Source: an uncultured archaeon
Lineage (GTDB): Archaea > Nanobdellota > Nanobdellia > Pacearchaeales > GW2011-AR1
Assembly (NCBI GenBank): GCA_903873955.1
Contig: CAIQQL010000131.1
Location: 1-42,038, forward strand
Direction of reading: 5' to 3'
Length of the DNA stretch: 42,038 nt
A program made the translations under genes and the position numbers. Of the stretch, positions 8,683 to 17,897 are shown piece by piece; the first letter of the stretch is position 1; each line of letters opens with the position of its first letter. A model generated the notes under the pieces. It had not been told where the DNA came from and ran no database searches. It saw only the letters and a list, made by a program, of their open reading frames with translations.

Positions 8683-9795
8683 ATGTTCTTTATGTACGAT
8701 AGATTAATCTCATTGCACTTCAGGTTCAGTCGTTTTGTCTATACGCATCTGGTCAAGAAGTTCTTTTTTTTATTTGATGCCGAGGCCATGCACCACTTCT
8801 TCATCAATGTCGGTAAAATACTAGGCAAGTTCTGGCTTACTCGAAGGGCCACCTCCCTTTTCTTCTCTTATCAGGACCCTGTCCTTGAACAAGACCTGCT
8901 TGGGATTCATTTTCGCAATCCTTTAGGGCTTGCCGCTGGCTTTGATAAAGACGCAGAAATCGTGCCTATCATCGATTCTGTCGGATTTGGTTTTTCCGAG
9001 GTAGGCAGCATCAGCGCCTCTCCTTGTCTCGGGAACAGCGGTGTACGCATCAAACGTATGAAAAAGGAGAACAGTCTCTGGATTAATCTCGGACTTAACA
9101 ATCTTGGAGCTAAAACCATCTCTGACAACCTGCGCAAGCAAACAATCTCCCTTCCCTTTGGCATCAATGTCGCACGTACCAACTGCAAGGCTACCGCAGA
9201 TGAGGATCTTGCTGTGCAGGATTATTGTGAGAGCCTAAAGCTCTGCAAAGATCTTGGAAAATATTATGTGCTCAACATCAGCTGCCCAAACGCATTCGGA
9301 GGGCAGCCTTTTTCTGAAAAAGGCAGGCTTGAAAAACTATTAAAAGCGGTCGCAAAGCTTAAGCTTTCCAAGCCAATTTTCATTAAACTTTCCCCTGACC
9401 TTTCTTCTGGAGAGCTTGACGCAATCATCGCACTGGCTGGAAAGTATCATATCTCGGGCTTCATCTGTTCCAATCTCACTAAAGACAAGCGTTTCTCCAG
9501 TGGGGGTATCTCTGGAAAAGTGCTAGAACCCAAGGCGGACAAAGTTCTGTCTTATGTCTATCAGAAGACCAAAGGGAAGTTCTTGCTTATCGGTCTTGGT
9601 GGAGTCTTTTCTGCAGAGGATGCCTATCGAAAAATCCGTTCAGGAGCAAATCTTGTGCAGCTAGTCACTGGCATGATCTTTGAAGGTCCAGAAGTCATCG
9701 GGGAGATCAATCTTGGACTGAAGCAACTGCTGCTTCGTGATGGATACAAAACTGTCGGTGAAGCGGTTGGAACCGGCGTAACCTTGTCGGAATAA
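8683..9795 (+). CDS. pyrD: Dihydroorotate dehydrogenase, class 2 (quinone-type) architecture
   Basis: N-terminal helical extension (DAEAMHH), NPLGLAAGFDK, LNISCPN, IKLSPD, GGISG, IGLGGV, GANLVQL. Confidence 0.93.
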   Translation: MFFMYDRLISLHFRFSRFVYTHLVKKFFFLFDAEAMHHFFINVGKILGKFWLTRRATSLFFSYQDPVLEQDLLGIHFRNPLGLAAGFDKDAEIVPIIDSVGFGFSEVGSISASPCLGNSGVRIKRMKKENSLWINLGLNNLGAKTISDNLRKQTISLPFGINVARTNCKATADEDLAVQDYCESLKLCKDLGKYYVLNISCPNAFGGQPFSEKGRLEKLLKAVAKLKLSKPIFIKLSPDLSSGELDAIIALAGKYHISGFICSNLTKDKRFSSGGISGKVLEPKADKVLSYVYQKTKGKFLLIGLGGVFSAEDAYRKIRSGANLVQLVTGMIFEGPEVIGEINLGLKQLLLRDGYKTVGEAVGTGVTLSE

Positions 9796-9823
9796 TTATA
9801 TAGTTCTTTTTCATTCTGTTTTT

Positions 9824-10651
9824 ATGAAGATTCGGGGTGATGAAATATTCTTTCAAAGAGGTTTAGCAAAGCATCTTTATCTTTATTTTTTCATTTTCCT
9901 ATTTGCCATCCTTCTGGTCCTTTCCCTTTGGTACTTTTTCCCCTATTTCTCTTTCACGGGGCATTCTGTCCTCAGTTCGCATTTTCGTTGTGTCGACAGC
10001 AACCGCGGTCTCCTGAGCCTCTCCAAAAACACCTCTTTGTATTCAGCAGAATTTCCCGAAAGCCCTTCCCAGGTTTATTTTGACCGATGCAGCTCGGATG
10101 GTCGTTATCTCTACTCCTATCAATGTGCTGCTGATGCCCCTGAAGGGTATCGCACCACAAAAACATTCTGCTCCTTTGGCTGCGCGGACCTTGCCTGTCT
10201 GTCTGGAAATTCGCTCGAAGGATGCTTTGTTTCCCTGGATCATCTCCAGGCTCTTGCTAGTACCTACTCTTTCAATCTCTCTTCTTTTTATGGCCTAAAA
10301 CCCGTCTTGCAAGGTGAACGGGCCCAAGAATCCCTTCTTTTGTTTGATACTTCAGGTAATCTTATCTCCACTATCCCTCTTTATCTTTCTTCTGGCTCGC
10401 TGTCTACTACGTTCTCTTTCGATTCCCGTATAACCTCCTTGGCCTTAAACCTGACTACAAGAATAGTCCCCTTAGCGTTTTCAGCAGCCGCTCTTGGTTG
10501 CAAGAAGTCCTGTGCAGGCCTGGGCTCATCCTTCACTGCATTTGAAGGAAAGGTCTGCTGTACCGGACTAACTCCCATCAAGCACGTGAACGCGCCCCAA
10601 ATCTCGGGTGCTGTTGGAATCACTACTACAAACATCACCTGCAGCCTTTAA
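9824..10651 (+). CDS. Membrane-anchored Cys-rich extracellular protein
   Basis: N-terminal TM then FTGHSV; CVDS...DRC...YQC...CSFGC...AC module; QRG before the TM may be a class III site. Confidence 0.7.
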   Translation: MKIRGDEIFFQRGLAKHLYLYFFIFLFAILLVLSLWYFFPYFSFTGHSVLSSHFRCVDSNRGLLSLSKNTSLYSAEFPESPSQVYFDRCSSDGRYLYSYQCAADAPEGYRTTKTFCSFGCADLACLSGNSLEGCFVSLDHLQALASTYSFNLSSFYGLKPVLQGERAQESLLLFDTSGNLISTIPLYLSSGSLSTTFSFDSRITSLALNLTTRIVPLAFSAAALGCKKSCAGLGSSFTAFEGKVCCTGLTPIKHVNAPQISGAVGITTTNITCSL

Positions 10652-10700
10652 CGAAAAATTTCTGCGAAACATATTTAAAGAGCATTTGGAATATACGGAT

Positions 10701-11183
10701 ATGCCATTTAGTATTGGTGATGTATTGAATAGTTGGCAACAAGGAGGCGTATTTGATTATCTTCTACCCTTTCTTCTTATCTTTGCTTTAGTCTTTGGTA
10801 TCCTCCAGAAATCTAAAATTCTTGGGGAAAACAAGGGCATCCATATCATTATCTCCATTGTCCTAGGCTTGATGGCCTTGCAGGGAGGGATTGTCCAGCG
10901 CTTTTTCCAGCCTCTTTTCCCTCGTCTTGCCATGGGGCTTGGCGTCATCTTAACTGTTATTATCCTCGTGGGTCTTTTTATCAATGACACCGACAAGAAG
11001 TATTGGTTCTGGGGTCTTGGTGCGTTAGGCGCGGTAGTTGCAATTATCGTTATCAGCAATGCTTTCACTGAGTATGGCTGGTATTCTTCCGCTAGCTATT
11101 ATTCTGATAATGCGGGATGGATTATTGGGGGAGTTCTTCTAATCGGCGTCATCATCGCTGTTGCTGCGAGTAGCAACAAATAA
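10701..11183 (+). CDS. 5-TM membrane protein, paralogue 2 of 3
   Basis: LPFLLIFALVFGILQKSKILGENK; start MPFSIG at 10701 with tttaaa at 10674-10679. Confidence 0.85.
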   Translation: MPFSIGDVLNSWQQGGVFDYLLPFLLIFALVFGILQKSKILGENKGIHIIISIVLGLMALQGGIVQRFFQPLFPRLAMGLGVILTVIILVGLFINDTDKKYWFWGLGALGAVVAIIVISNAFTEYGWYSSASYYSDNAGWIIGGVLLIGVIIAVAASSNK

Positions 11184-11205
11184 CGCTTTTTAATAGAACA
11201 CTAAA

Positions 11206-11727
11206 ATGGTAGCTGAACAAATCGATCTTGGTTCTTTGAGTTATTTCATTCCCCTCATCAGTTTTCTCGTCGTATTCATCATCGTCTTTGCAGTATTGCA
11301 GAAGACCAAAGTCCTTGAGAATAAATGGGTCCAACTGTTCGTCTCTTTCCTCTTTGCAACAGTCTTTGTTACTTCAGTTGGTGCGCGGGGCTTTGTCTCT
11401 AGCATCATCCCCTGGTTTGCAATATTGATGGTCTGCTTATTTCTCATCTTCATTGTCTTGGCCTTTGTCGGGAAAGACCTGGACTCCATGAAAAAAGGGA
11501 TAGGCATCACTTTTGTCGTGCTTTTGATCGTCGTCTTTTTGGTAGCCGCCATCTTCTTCTTTTCTTCGGTCGTCAGCCCTTATCTTCCTGGTGGTGCGAC
11601 CTCTCCTGATGCCAATCCTGATCTTATGCGATTAAGTGAGTGGATAACTTCCTCACGTATTGGTGGAGGCATCATTCTAATCATCGTTAGCGCTGTCGTC
11701 TCTTGGGTCCTTGTCAGGGCTAAATAA
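11206..11727 (+). CDS. 5-TM membrane protein, paralogue 3 of 3
   Basis: FLVVFIIVFAVLQKTKVLENK. Confidence 0.85.
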   Translation: MVAEQIDLGSLSYFIPLISFLVVFIIVFAVLQKTKVLENKWVQLFVSFLFATVFVTSVGARGFVSSIIPWFAILMVCLFLIFIVLAFVGKDLDSMKKGIGITFVVLLIVVFLVAAIFFFSSVVSPYLPGGATSPDANPDLMRLSEWITSSRIGGGIILIIVSAVVSWVLVRAK

Positions 11728-11750
11728 TCCTCGAATCTTGTTCTAGAATT

Positions 11751-12617
11751 CTACTTCTTCTGTGCCACTGGAGGCAAACGATTTGTATTTATGGTCTGAG
11801 GGGGGGATTGCGGATGTGGCATCGGTTGCTGATTGAATACTCCGGCTTTTACAGCCATTGCCTTGAAAGTCTGCTGTGTTTCTGCAAGCTCGTGTTTTAT
11901 ATCTTCGATATTGGTGATATAATCTCCCACTTTTTGGAGCACTGAGAGTTGCAACCTATCAATGGTCTTCTCGATTCTTTTGATACGCTCATCCATGAAA
12001 TCAACCCGTGATTCCATCATATTCTTGAAGCTCAGTGCCTCTTCAATCTTCTTTTGCAGAGGCCCTAGTTTTTCAGCCATGATCTGATCGGAGATTTCAT
12101 TCAAAGTGTCCGTACTCACTCCGCCTGCTCCGTATGACCCTGAGTTGTATCCTCCTGAACTTTCAGCTTGATAACTCTGCTCAGGATAGGTACTTGGTTG
12201 CGGAGGCGCATATTCTCCCTGCATCTGGTTATATCCTGCATTAGCAAGGTAATCTGGTTGCGGAGGGTAGGCTTGCTGGTCCAGGGCAGGATAAGGCTGT
12301 TGAGGGGGTTGCTGGTAGTTCTCTTCTGGAGAAGGTATCGGTGCCTGTAGGGGTGTCTGTGGAGCAGGAGGGGCCTGGGTTGCAGGGTTTCGGTTTGGTA
12401 CGTCTAACATTGAAGGTTGCATAGACTCTGTCGCAGGTGTTGCTTGCACGTCTGATGGATCCTGTTGAGGGCTGTTCACAGCCTGTTTTATTTTTGCCTG
12501 TGCCAGTGCATCTCGGATTTCTCCAACAGGCGTTCCCTGCGTTTGCAGAGAGAAGATAATCTCCTGATCTGTCCTTCCCTCTTGTTGCATCCTCTTGATT
12601 GTTTCAATTGTCCCCAT
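11751..12617 (-). CDS. Cytoplasmic protein: small N-terminal helical domain, Q/P/Y-rich disordered linker, C-terminal coiled coil
   Basis: Composition; heptad-like LQKKIEE...MDERIKRIEKTIDRLQ region. Confidence 0.8.
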   Translation of the reverse strand: MGTIETIKRMQQEGRTDQEIIFSLQTQGTPVGEIRDALAQAKIKQAVNSPQQDPSDVQATPATESMQPSMLDVPNRNPATQAPPAPQTPLQAPIPSPEENYQQPPQQPYPALDQQAYPPQPDYLANAGYNQMQGEYAPPQPSTYPEQSYQAESSGGYNSGSYGAGGVSTDTLNEISDQIMAEKLGPLQKKIEEALSFKNMMESRVDFMDERIKRIEKTIDRLQLSVLQKVGDYITNIEDIKHELAETQQTFKAMAVKAGVFNQQPMPHPQSPPQTINTNRLPPVAQKK

Positions 12618-12656
12618 CTTTTTTATGTTGTTTTAAGCGTTGTTTGGTTTAAATCT

Positions 12657-12962
12657 TTATTCTTTTCTAAGCAAATCTATCTGCCTTTGGATTATCATCA
12701 GCTCTTCTTTTCTCGCCACTCCTGAGAGCTGTTCGGTAACCCTCTGTATGAACTCCTTCATACGTCTCATCTCTTCTTTGAGCAGCGTTACTTCTTTTTG
12801 CAGTGTCTGTTTCTCTTTGAAATTGCTTTCACGCTCTTCAATTAATGTTTGCCCTAATAACAGGACCCGATCCTTGAGCAGCCTTTGTTTTTCCTCCAAG
12901 TCTCGAATTTGTGTGGCAAGATCAACATTTACTTGCGAAACTTCCGGATAGTCTTCAGCCAT
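12657..12962 (-). CDS. Small coiled-coil protein
   Basis: 101 aa of nearly continuous heptads (IRDLEEKQRLLKDRV...LKEEMRRMKE). Confidence 0.8.
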   Translation of the reverse strand: MAEDYPEVSQVNVDLATQIRDLEEKQRLLKDRVLLLGQTLIEERESNFKEKQTLQKEVTLLKEEMRRMKEFIQRVTEQLSGVARKEELMIIQRQIDLLRKE

Positions 12963-13131
12963 TTCTATTAATAACCTCCTCGAGTTTAAAATAGTTTGGT
13001 TATGGTTTTTTACGGGCCGGTTTCTTTCTTGCGTGCCTGTTTTCTTAGGGTATCTGCTCTCCTTTTTGCCGATTATCTACGAAATCTATTTAATCCTCTC
13101 TTGGTTCTTCGCCTGAGGGAGAGATGAGCTT

Positions 13132-15402
13132 ATGATGTTTAAACCGGATGCACCACTTTATGCTACAGAAGTCGAGCGTAAGCAAGGTGAAGACACTCTC
13201 TATATCAATTTCCTCTCAGCTCCCTTCGTCCCGAGTCTTGCAGAGAATGCAATGGTCATGGAACGTGTCCTTGATTTGATGCTTGAACATCCCCAGGTGT
13301 CCCATCTCGTCTTTGTCCAGCAGCGTAATTATCATTATCCCTCTGAGCAAGTCCTTCTTTTGAGTGAGATTGCAAATATCTACAATTACATCACCAAACA
13401 AGAAAATCTGCTCTCCCTTGCCAAACTCAACTTTTTTGGAGATATCCAGCAAGCATACACTGAAGTGAGTGCGCTCACTCTTTTTTTGAGGGAGGACCCT
13501 CTAGGATGTTATACCCATCTTAAAAAGAGAATCCTCACCATCCGTAATGAACTTTCCTACCCCGGTTCTGACAACGAGGGAAGAAGAAACCTTGTGCTAT
13601 TTCTAGAGCGCCTTCTTACCATGCTTGAACAAACTACCTTAATCCGTAAATTTGCCCCCCGTCTCTCGGATTTTCCTTCTGGCAGCCGTGAAATCTATGG
13701 CCTGATCTTTCGTCCTGACATCCTTCCTAACTTCACCTTTACGCGTCTCGTCTCCCAACTCCCTCTCAATGCCGAACTTATCGACCAGTATATGCTAACC
13801 TCTGAGGGTGACGACATCACCGTCACCATCCTCCGAAGACGTGGAGATGTCAAGCATTTCTATCATATCATGCCTCCCGAATATTCCCTTTCTGAAGAGC
13901 AGCACATGCTTCTTACCCTTGCAAGAAATGTCATCATCGAACATCGTCCTAAAGCGGAAGAATTTACTGACCCTGAAAAGACCCGTCAAGTCTTTTTCAA
14001 CGTGGCAAGGGACCTCATCTCAGAACTTGCCGTATCCAAGAATATCATGATCAGTCATCGTGACCTTGCGAAACTTGCCCGTATCCTTGTCCGTTATACC
14101 ATCGGTTTTGGCCTTCTTGAAATCCTGCTCATGGATACGCATCTTCAGGATATTTCTGTTAACGCCCCTATCGCCCTCAATCCAGTCTTTGTCAGGCATG
14201 AAAAATATGACGAATGCGTAACGAACATCATCCCCAGTTTTGAAGATGCAGACTCCTGGGCAGCCAAGTTGCGTCTGCAATCCGGCAGACCTCTTGATGA
14301 AGCGAATCCCGTCCTTGATACCGATCTTGTCTTTTCCCATGCGCGGGCCAGGGTCGCTGCAGTAAAGGAGCCCTTATCACCTTCAGGGCTCGCCTATTCC
14401 TTGCGTAGGCACAGGGACAATCCTTGGACGCTGCCTCTTTTCATCAAGTTAAAAACAATCAATTCTTTCGGTGCAGGGCTCCTGAGTTTCATCATTGACG
14501 GGAATCGTACGCTTCTTGTCGCCGGGACAAGAAGCTCAGGAAAGACTTCTCTTTTGGGAAGTCTGATGCTGGAGATTATGCCGAAAGTCAGGACGATCGT
14601 CATTGAAGACACACTTGAACTTCCTGTCGATGCCTTGCGCAAAGTCGGTTACGATATCCTCCGTATGAAAGTGAGGAGCGCTTTAGTCACCGGAACGACT
14701 GAAGTTGAAGCTTCAGAAGGTATCCGTACAAGCTTGCGTCTTGGTGATTCTGCGCTTATTGTTGGTGAAGTGAGAAGTTCCGAAGCCAGGGCTTTATATG
14801 AGGCCATGCGTGTCGGCGCTCTTGCCAACGTTGTCGCAGGAACCATCCATGGTGACTCCCCCTATGGTGTGTTTGACAGAGTCGTGAATGATCTTAATGT
14901 CCCTGCAACCAGCTTTAAAGCAACCGACATCATCGTGATCACCAATCCAGTAAAGACACCGGACGGGATCCATTCTTTACGACGTGTCATGAGCATCACT
15001 GAAGTCCGTAAACACTGGGATAAAGACCCTTTACAGGAAGGAGGGTTTGTCGATCTCATGCGTTACAATGTCGAGACTGATATCCTTGAGCCAACTCCCG
15101 AGCTTATCAACGGCGAGTCTGAGGTCCTGAAAAGCATTGCGGGAAGTGTGCGAGGATGGGCAGGGAACTGGAATGCCATCTATGACAATATCATACTGCG
15201 CGGGAGAATAAAACAAGAAATCGTCGATGCAGCTCTTCGCTTCAATAAACCTGACATCCTTGAAGCCGAGTTCTGTACTGCATCTAATAACATGTTCCAT
15301 ATCCTGAGCGAAAAGTTCAAGGATGAAAAGGGTGTCCCTTTGAGTGAACAAATCTTTGCAGAATGGAAAAACTGGTTATACAGTTCGGTTGAAGATTACT
15401 GA
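13132..15402 (+). CDS. Type II/IV secretion / pilus assembly ATPase (ArlI/PilB/TadA-like) with long N-terminal extension
   Basis: Walker A AGTRSSGKTS, Asp box IEDTLEL, Walker B LIVGEVR, His box GTIHG. Confidence 0.93.
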   Translation: MMFKPDAPLYATEVERKQGEDTLYINFLSAPFVPSLAENAMVMERVLDLMLEHPQVSHLVFVQQRNYHYPSEQVLLLSEIANIYNYITKQENLLSLAKLNFFGDIQQAYTEVSALTLFLREDPLGCYTHLKKRILTIRNELSYPGSDNEGRRNLVLFLERLLTMLEQTTLIRKFAPRLSDFPSGSREIYGLIFRPDILPNFTFTRLVSQLPLNAELIDQYMLTSEGDDITVTILRRRGDVKHFYHIMPPEYSLSEEQHMLLTLARNVIIEHRPKAEEFTDPEKTRQVFFNVARDLISELAVSKNIMISHRDLAKLARILVRYTIGFGLLEILLMDTHLQDISVNAPIALNPVFVRHEKYDECVTNIIPSFEDADSWAAKLRLQSGRPLDEANPVLDTDLVFSHARARVAAVKEPLSPSGLAYSLRRHRDNPWTLPLFIKLKTINSFGAGLLSFIIDGNRTLLVAGTRSSGKTSLLGSLMLEIMPKVRTIVIEDTLELPVDALRKVGYDILRMKVRSALVTGTTEVEASEGIRTSLRLGDSALIVGEVRSSEARALYEAMRVGALANVVAGTIHGDSPYGVFDRVVNDLNVPATSFKATDIIVITNPVKTPDGIHSLRRVMSITEVRKHWDKDPLQEGGFVDLMRYNVETDILEPTPELINGESEVLKSIAGSVRGWAGNWNAIYDNIILRGRIKQEIVDAALRFNKPDILEAEFCTASNNMFHILSEKFKDEKGVPLSEQIFAEWKNWLYSSVEDY

Positions 15403-15411
15403 ATCTTTTTC

Positions 15412-17616
15412 TTACCCCGCCCCGCCCATCACCGTTGCTGCAATATATCCGAGCACTATCGTTGAAAGGAATGCCAAGATAAAATAGAGCAGCATGGCGG
15501 CTTTGAGGTTTCCAGCAATATCAAATTTTTCTCTTAACGCATCCTTGCCCGCGTCAATCGTCACCAATGCAACGGTGAGGATAAAAATAATCTCTATCAA
15601 ATAAATCCCTATCGATATCTGTAGGAAATAGGGGGGTATCATCCCCGTTGGATCGAACAATTTTAGGATCTGTGCAAAAGAACCTAAGGTGCTATCTCCT
15701 CCGGAAAGCAGGCTCTTAGAGTTCAAAAGCTTCCCGAGCACGGTAATGATCATCGCCGAGAGACCGACAACAATTCCTGACAATGCCGGCGCAAGGAAAG
15801 TCATATTTGACTTCATGTCTGATACGACTTCCGCCAGCAGATCCTTGAGACGTTCATTGATCTTCTGGATATTCTTTACATATTCAGAGATTGACATCAA
15901 GGAGTTTGCCGCAACCTGCAATCCTTTCTTTACTGACTCAACAAGGATGCGCATGGATGTTGCAATCAATGCAGAAGGGAAGTAAATAATTGCACCCCTC
16001 TTCTTATCGAAAATCGCTTTTTCAACTGGCATGCCCAATTGCTGTATATTCTGATTGATGATCACAAAAAACTGGTTGGTAGTCTGTCCCGTAGTCGATT
16101 CTGCAACCCTTGCGAATGCAATCTCTGCAGGGATACCGTCACCTAATCTGTTCCCTAGCTGGAAGAGGGAGCTGGTAAACTCATTCTCCAAAAGCTTTGT
16201 CTTCTCTCTTGATTTTATGAGATCCTTGGTCTTTTCTTTGTATGCAATAATAAAAAATACAGCGACTGCCAGCGGAATGAACAGGCTCAGGAGCACACCT
16301 AAAATTCCAAACGGTCCTGTCTTTTCAGGAGTTGCAAGGACAGTTCCATCTGAACTCACATTATTGATCTTGAAATCAAAGAGTTGTCCTTGACCAAGAA
16401 AAGTCAATCCTACGTCTTGATAAGTATAATCGCTCTGCAGATGAACTGCTGTCATCAGGGGTCCAATCTGGAAAATAAAAGGAATAAGCCCAATCAGCAA
16501 CAGCGGGAATGCAATAGCAAACGCTTTGTAATACGGCTTTTTGGAAATATATTTCGGATAGTCGGGATTGAGTTCCAGTATAGTCGAGTCTCCATATCCG
16601 CCAGGTCTTTTGAGAAGGACTTCTGATGTCAGGAAGAATACCATGAACGGGATGATGATATTAAACAGAATGACAATATGATATGCCTTTATCACTCCTC
16701 CAAGAAGAGTGGATGCTAAAGGAATCAGGGCGAGCCCTAAAGTCGGGAGGATGATGCCCAACATATAGATGGTCGATATTGGTCCGCGGATCTCCCGTGA
16801 ATACTTGAGCATCTTTTCATAGACCCCGTCAAGAATGACCTGCAGTGACTTCTCCAGAATCTGTACTCTTCGTTGTTCTGAGGGTTCATAGAGTGAAGAC
16901 TCTATCAAATGAAACGCTTCCACAAATTCAGGGGCGTACTCAACCCAGTGGTCGAGATAGGCATCAAGAGACTGTTTAATCGTAGAGTACTTTCCTGTTT
17001 CCACATCATAGAATATCTTCTTGAAATCCAGCGCCAATGCGCCTTCCAGATGCGCCGATGCAAATTCCACTGCGCGTTCGAGATTGGATGTATGTTTCAT
17101 ATAAATGACCACATACAGCACCGCCGGAACCATCTGTGAGGATGCTTTCAATTTCCAGCTATTTGCCAAACGCTGGGGCATCGTATATGCGTAATAGAAA
17201 ACAAACAAGCTGGTGATGACTCCTAAAAAAACAAACGCCAGCAGTGAACCTGGAACGGTATGTAGATTATATACCAGATAAATCCCTGTTGCAGAAAGAA
17301 GTGTCCCCAGGAATATCGCAAGCATCGAAAGTGCGGCAAGTGAGAGTGCCTGGCTTGGAGTCACATCAACATGCGCTTCGTCAAGATACTTCTGTATCTT
17401 GACCCTATCTTTTTCAGCAACCTTGATAGAAAACATGCTTCCCAATGACTTCGTCCATCGTTCATACCCGCTGATTTCCGGGACCATGTCCCGTTTGAAT
17501 TGTGAATAATCTGCAGATTCCCCCCCAGAACCTGCTGAAGCCTCATTCCCTCCTCCACCTATCTCTGATTCAATCCGTGCACTATATTTTTTTAAGATAT
17601 CGTCTGCGCTAACCAT
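15412..17616 (-). CDS. Pilus membrane platform protein (T2SS F domain; TadB/TadC/ArlJ-like)
   Basis: Two TM clusters, each preceded by a soluble helical domain (SNLERAVEFAS...LALDFKKI; LGNRLGDGIPAEIAF); adjacent to ATPase and pilins. Confidence 0.82.
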   Translation of the reverse strand: MVSADDILKKYSARIESEIGGGGNEASAGSGGESADYSQFKRDMVPEISGYERWTKSLGSMFSIKVAEKDRVKIQKYLDEAHVDVTPSQALSLAALSMLAIFLGTLLSATGIYLVYNLHTVPGSLLAFVFLGVITSLFVFYYAYTMPQRLANSWKLKASSQMVPAVLYVVIYMKHTSNLERAVEFASAHLEGALALDFKKIFYDVETGKYSTIKQSLDAYLDHWVEYAPEFVEAFHLIESSLYEPSEQRRVQILEKSLQVILDGVYEKMLKYSREIRGPISTIYMLGIILPTLGLALIPLASTLLGGVIKAYHIVILFNIIIPFMVFFLTSEVLLKRPGGYGDSTILELNPDYPKYISKKPYYKAFAIAFPLLLIGLIPFIFQIGPLMTAVHLQSDYTYQDVGLTFLGQGQLFDFKINNVSSDGTVLATPEKTGPFGILGVLLSLFIPLAVAVFFIIAYKEKTKDLIKSREKTKLLENEFTSSLFQLGNRLGDGIPAEIAFARVAESTTGQTTNQFFVIINQNIQQLGMPVEKAIFDKKRGAIIYFPSALIATSMRILVESVKKGLQVAANSLMSISEYVKNIQKINERLKDLLAEVVSDMKSNMTFLAPALSGIVVGLSAMIITVLGKLLNSKSLLSGGDSTLGSFAQILKLFDPTGMIPPYFLQISIGIYLIEIIFILTVALVTIDAGKDALREKFDIAGNLKAAMLLYFILAFLSTIVLGYIAATVMGGAG

Positions 17617-17720
17617 GTCCTCTTTTACCTTTTTTTCTATGGGAAAAGAGTATTATAAACTGTGCGGTGGCGTTGCTGATATGCCATAGGATTTAATAAG
17701 AGCTGTCGCATTGATTTTTT

Positions 17721-17897
17721 ATGTATCGGGTCACAAAAAGGGGGCAGATGAGCGCCATTGGATGGAATTATTTTGTCCCACTCATCATTGCAGTGGTAGT
17801 GCTTGCGTTAGTGCTTATCTCTTATTTTGCCTTGCGTGACAGTGGAAACGGCGCCCTTGATTTTTTTAAAAATCTGTTCCGATTAGGCAAACCATGA
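17721..17897 (+). CDS. Micro-pilin 1 (58 aa, class III signal peptide)
   Basis: Manual translation MYRVTKRG/QMSAIGWNYFVPLIIAVVVLALVLISYFALRDSGNGALDFFKNLFRLGKP; stop overlaps next ATG (ATGA). Confidence 0.82.
   Translation: MYRVTKRGQMSAIGWNYFVPLIIAVVVLALVLISYFALRDSGNGALDFFKNLFRLGKP

Noticed and set aside
7471-12962. Split CdvA/ESCRT division system (PRC barrel plus coiled coils)
   Set aside because: The genes are 4 kb apart on opposite strands; no ESCRT-III or Vps4 homologue was seen
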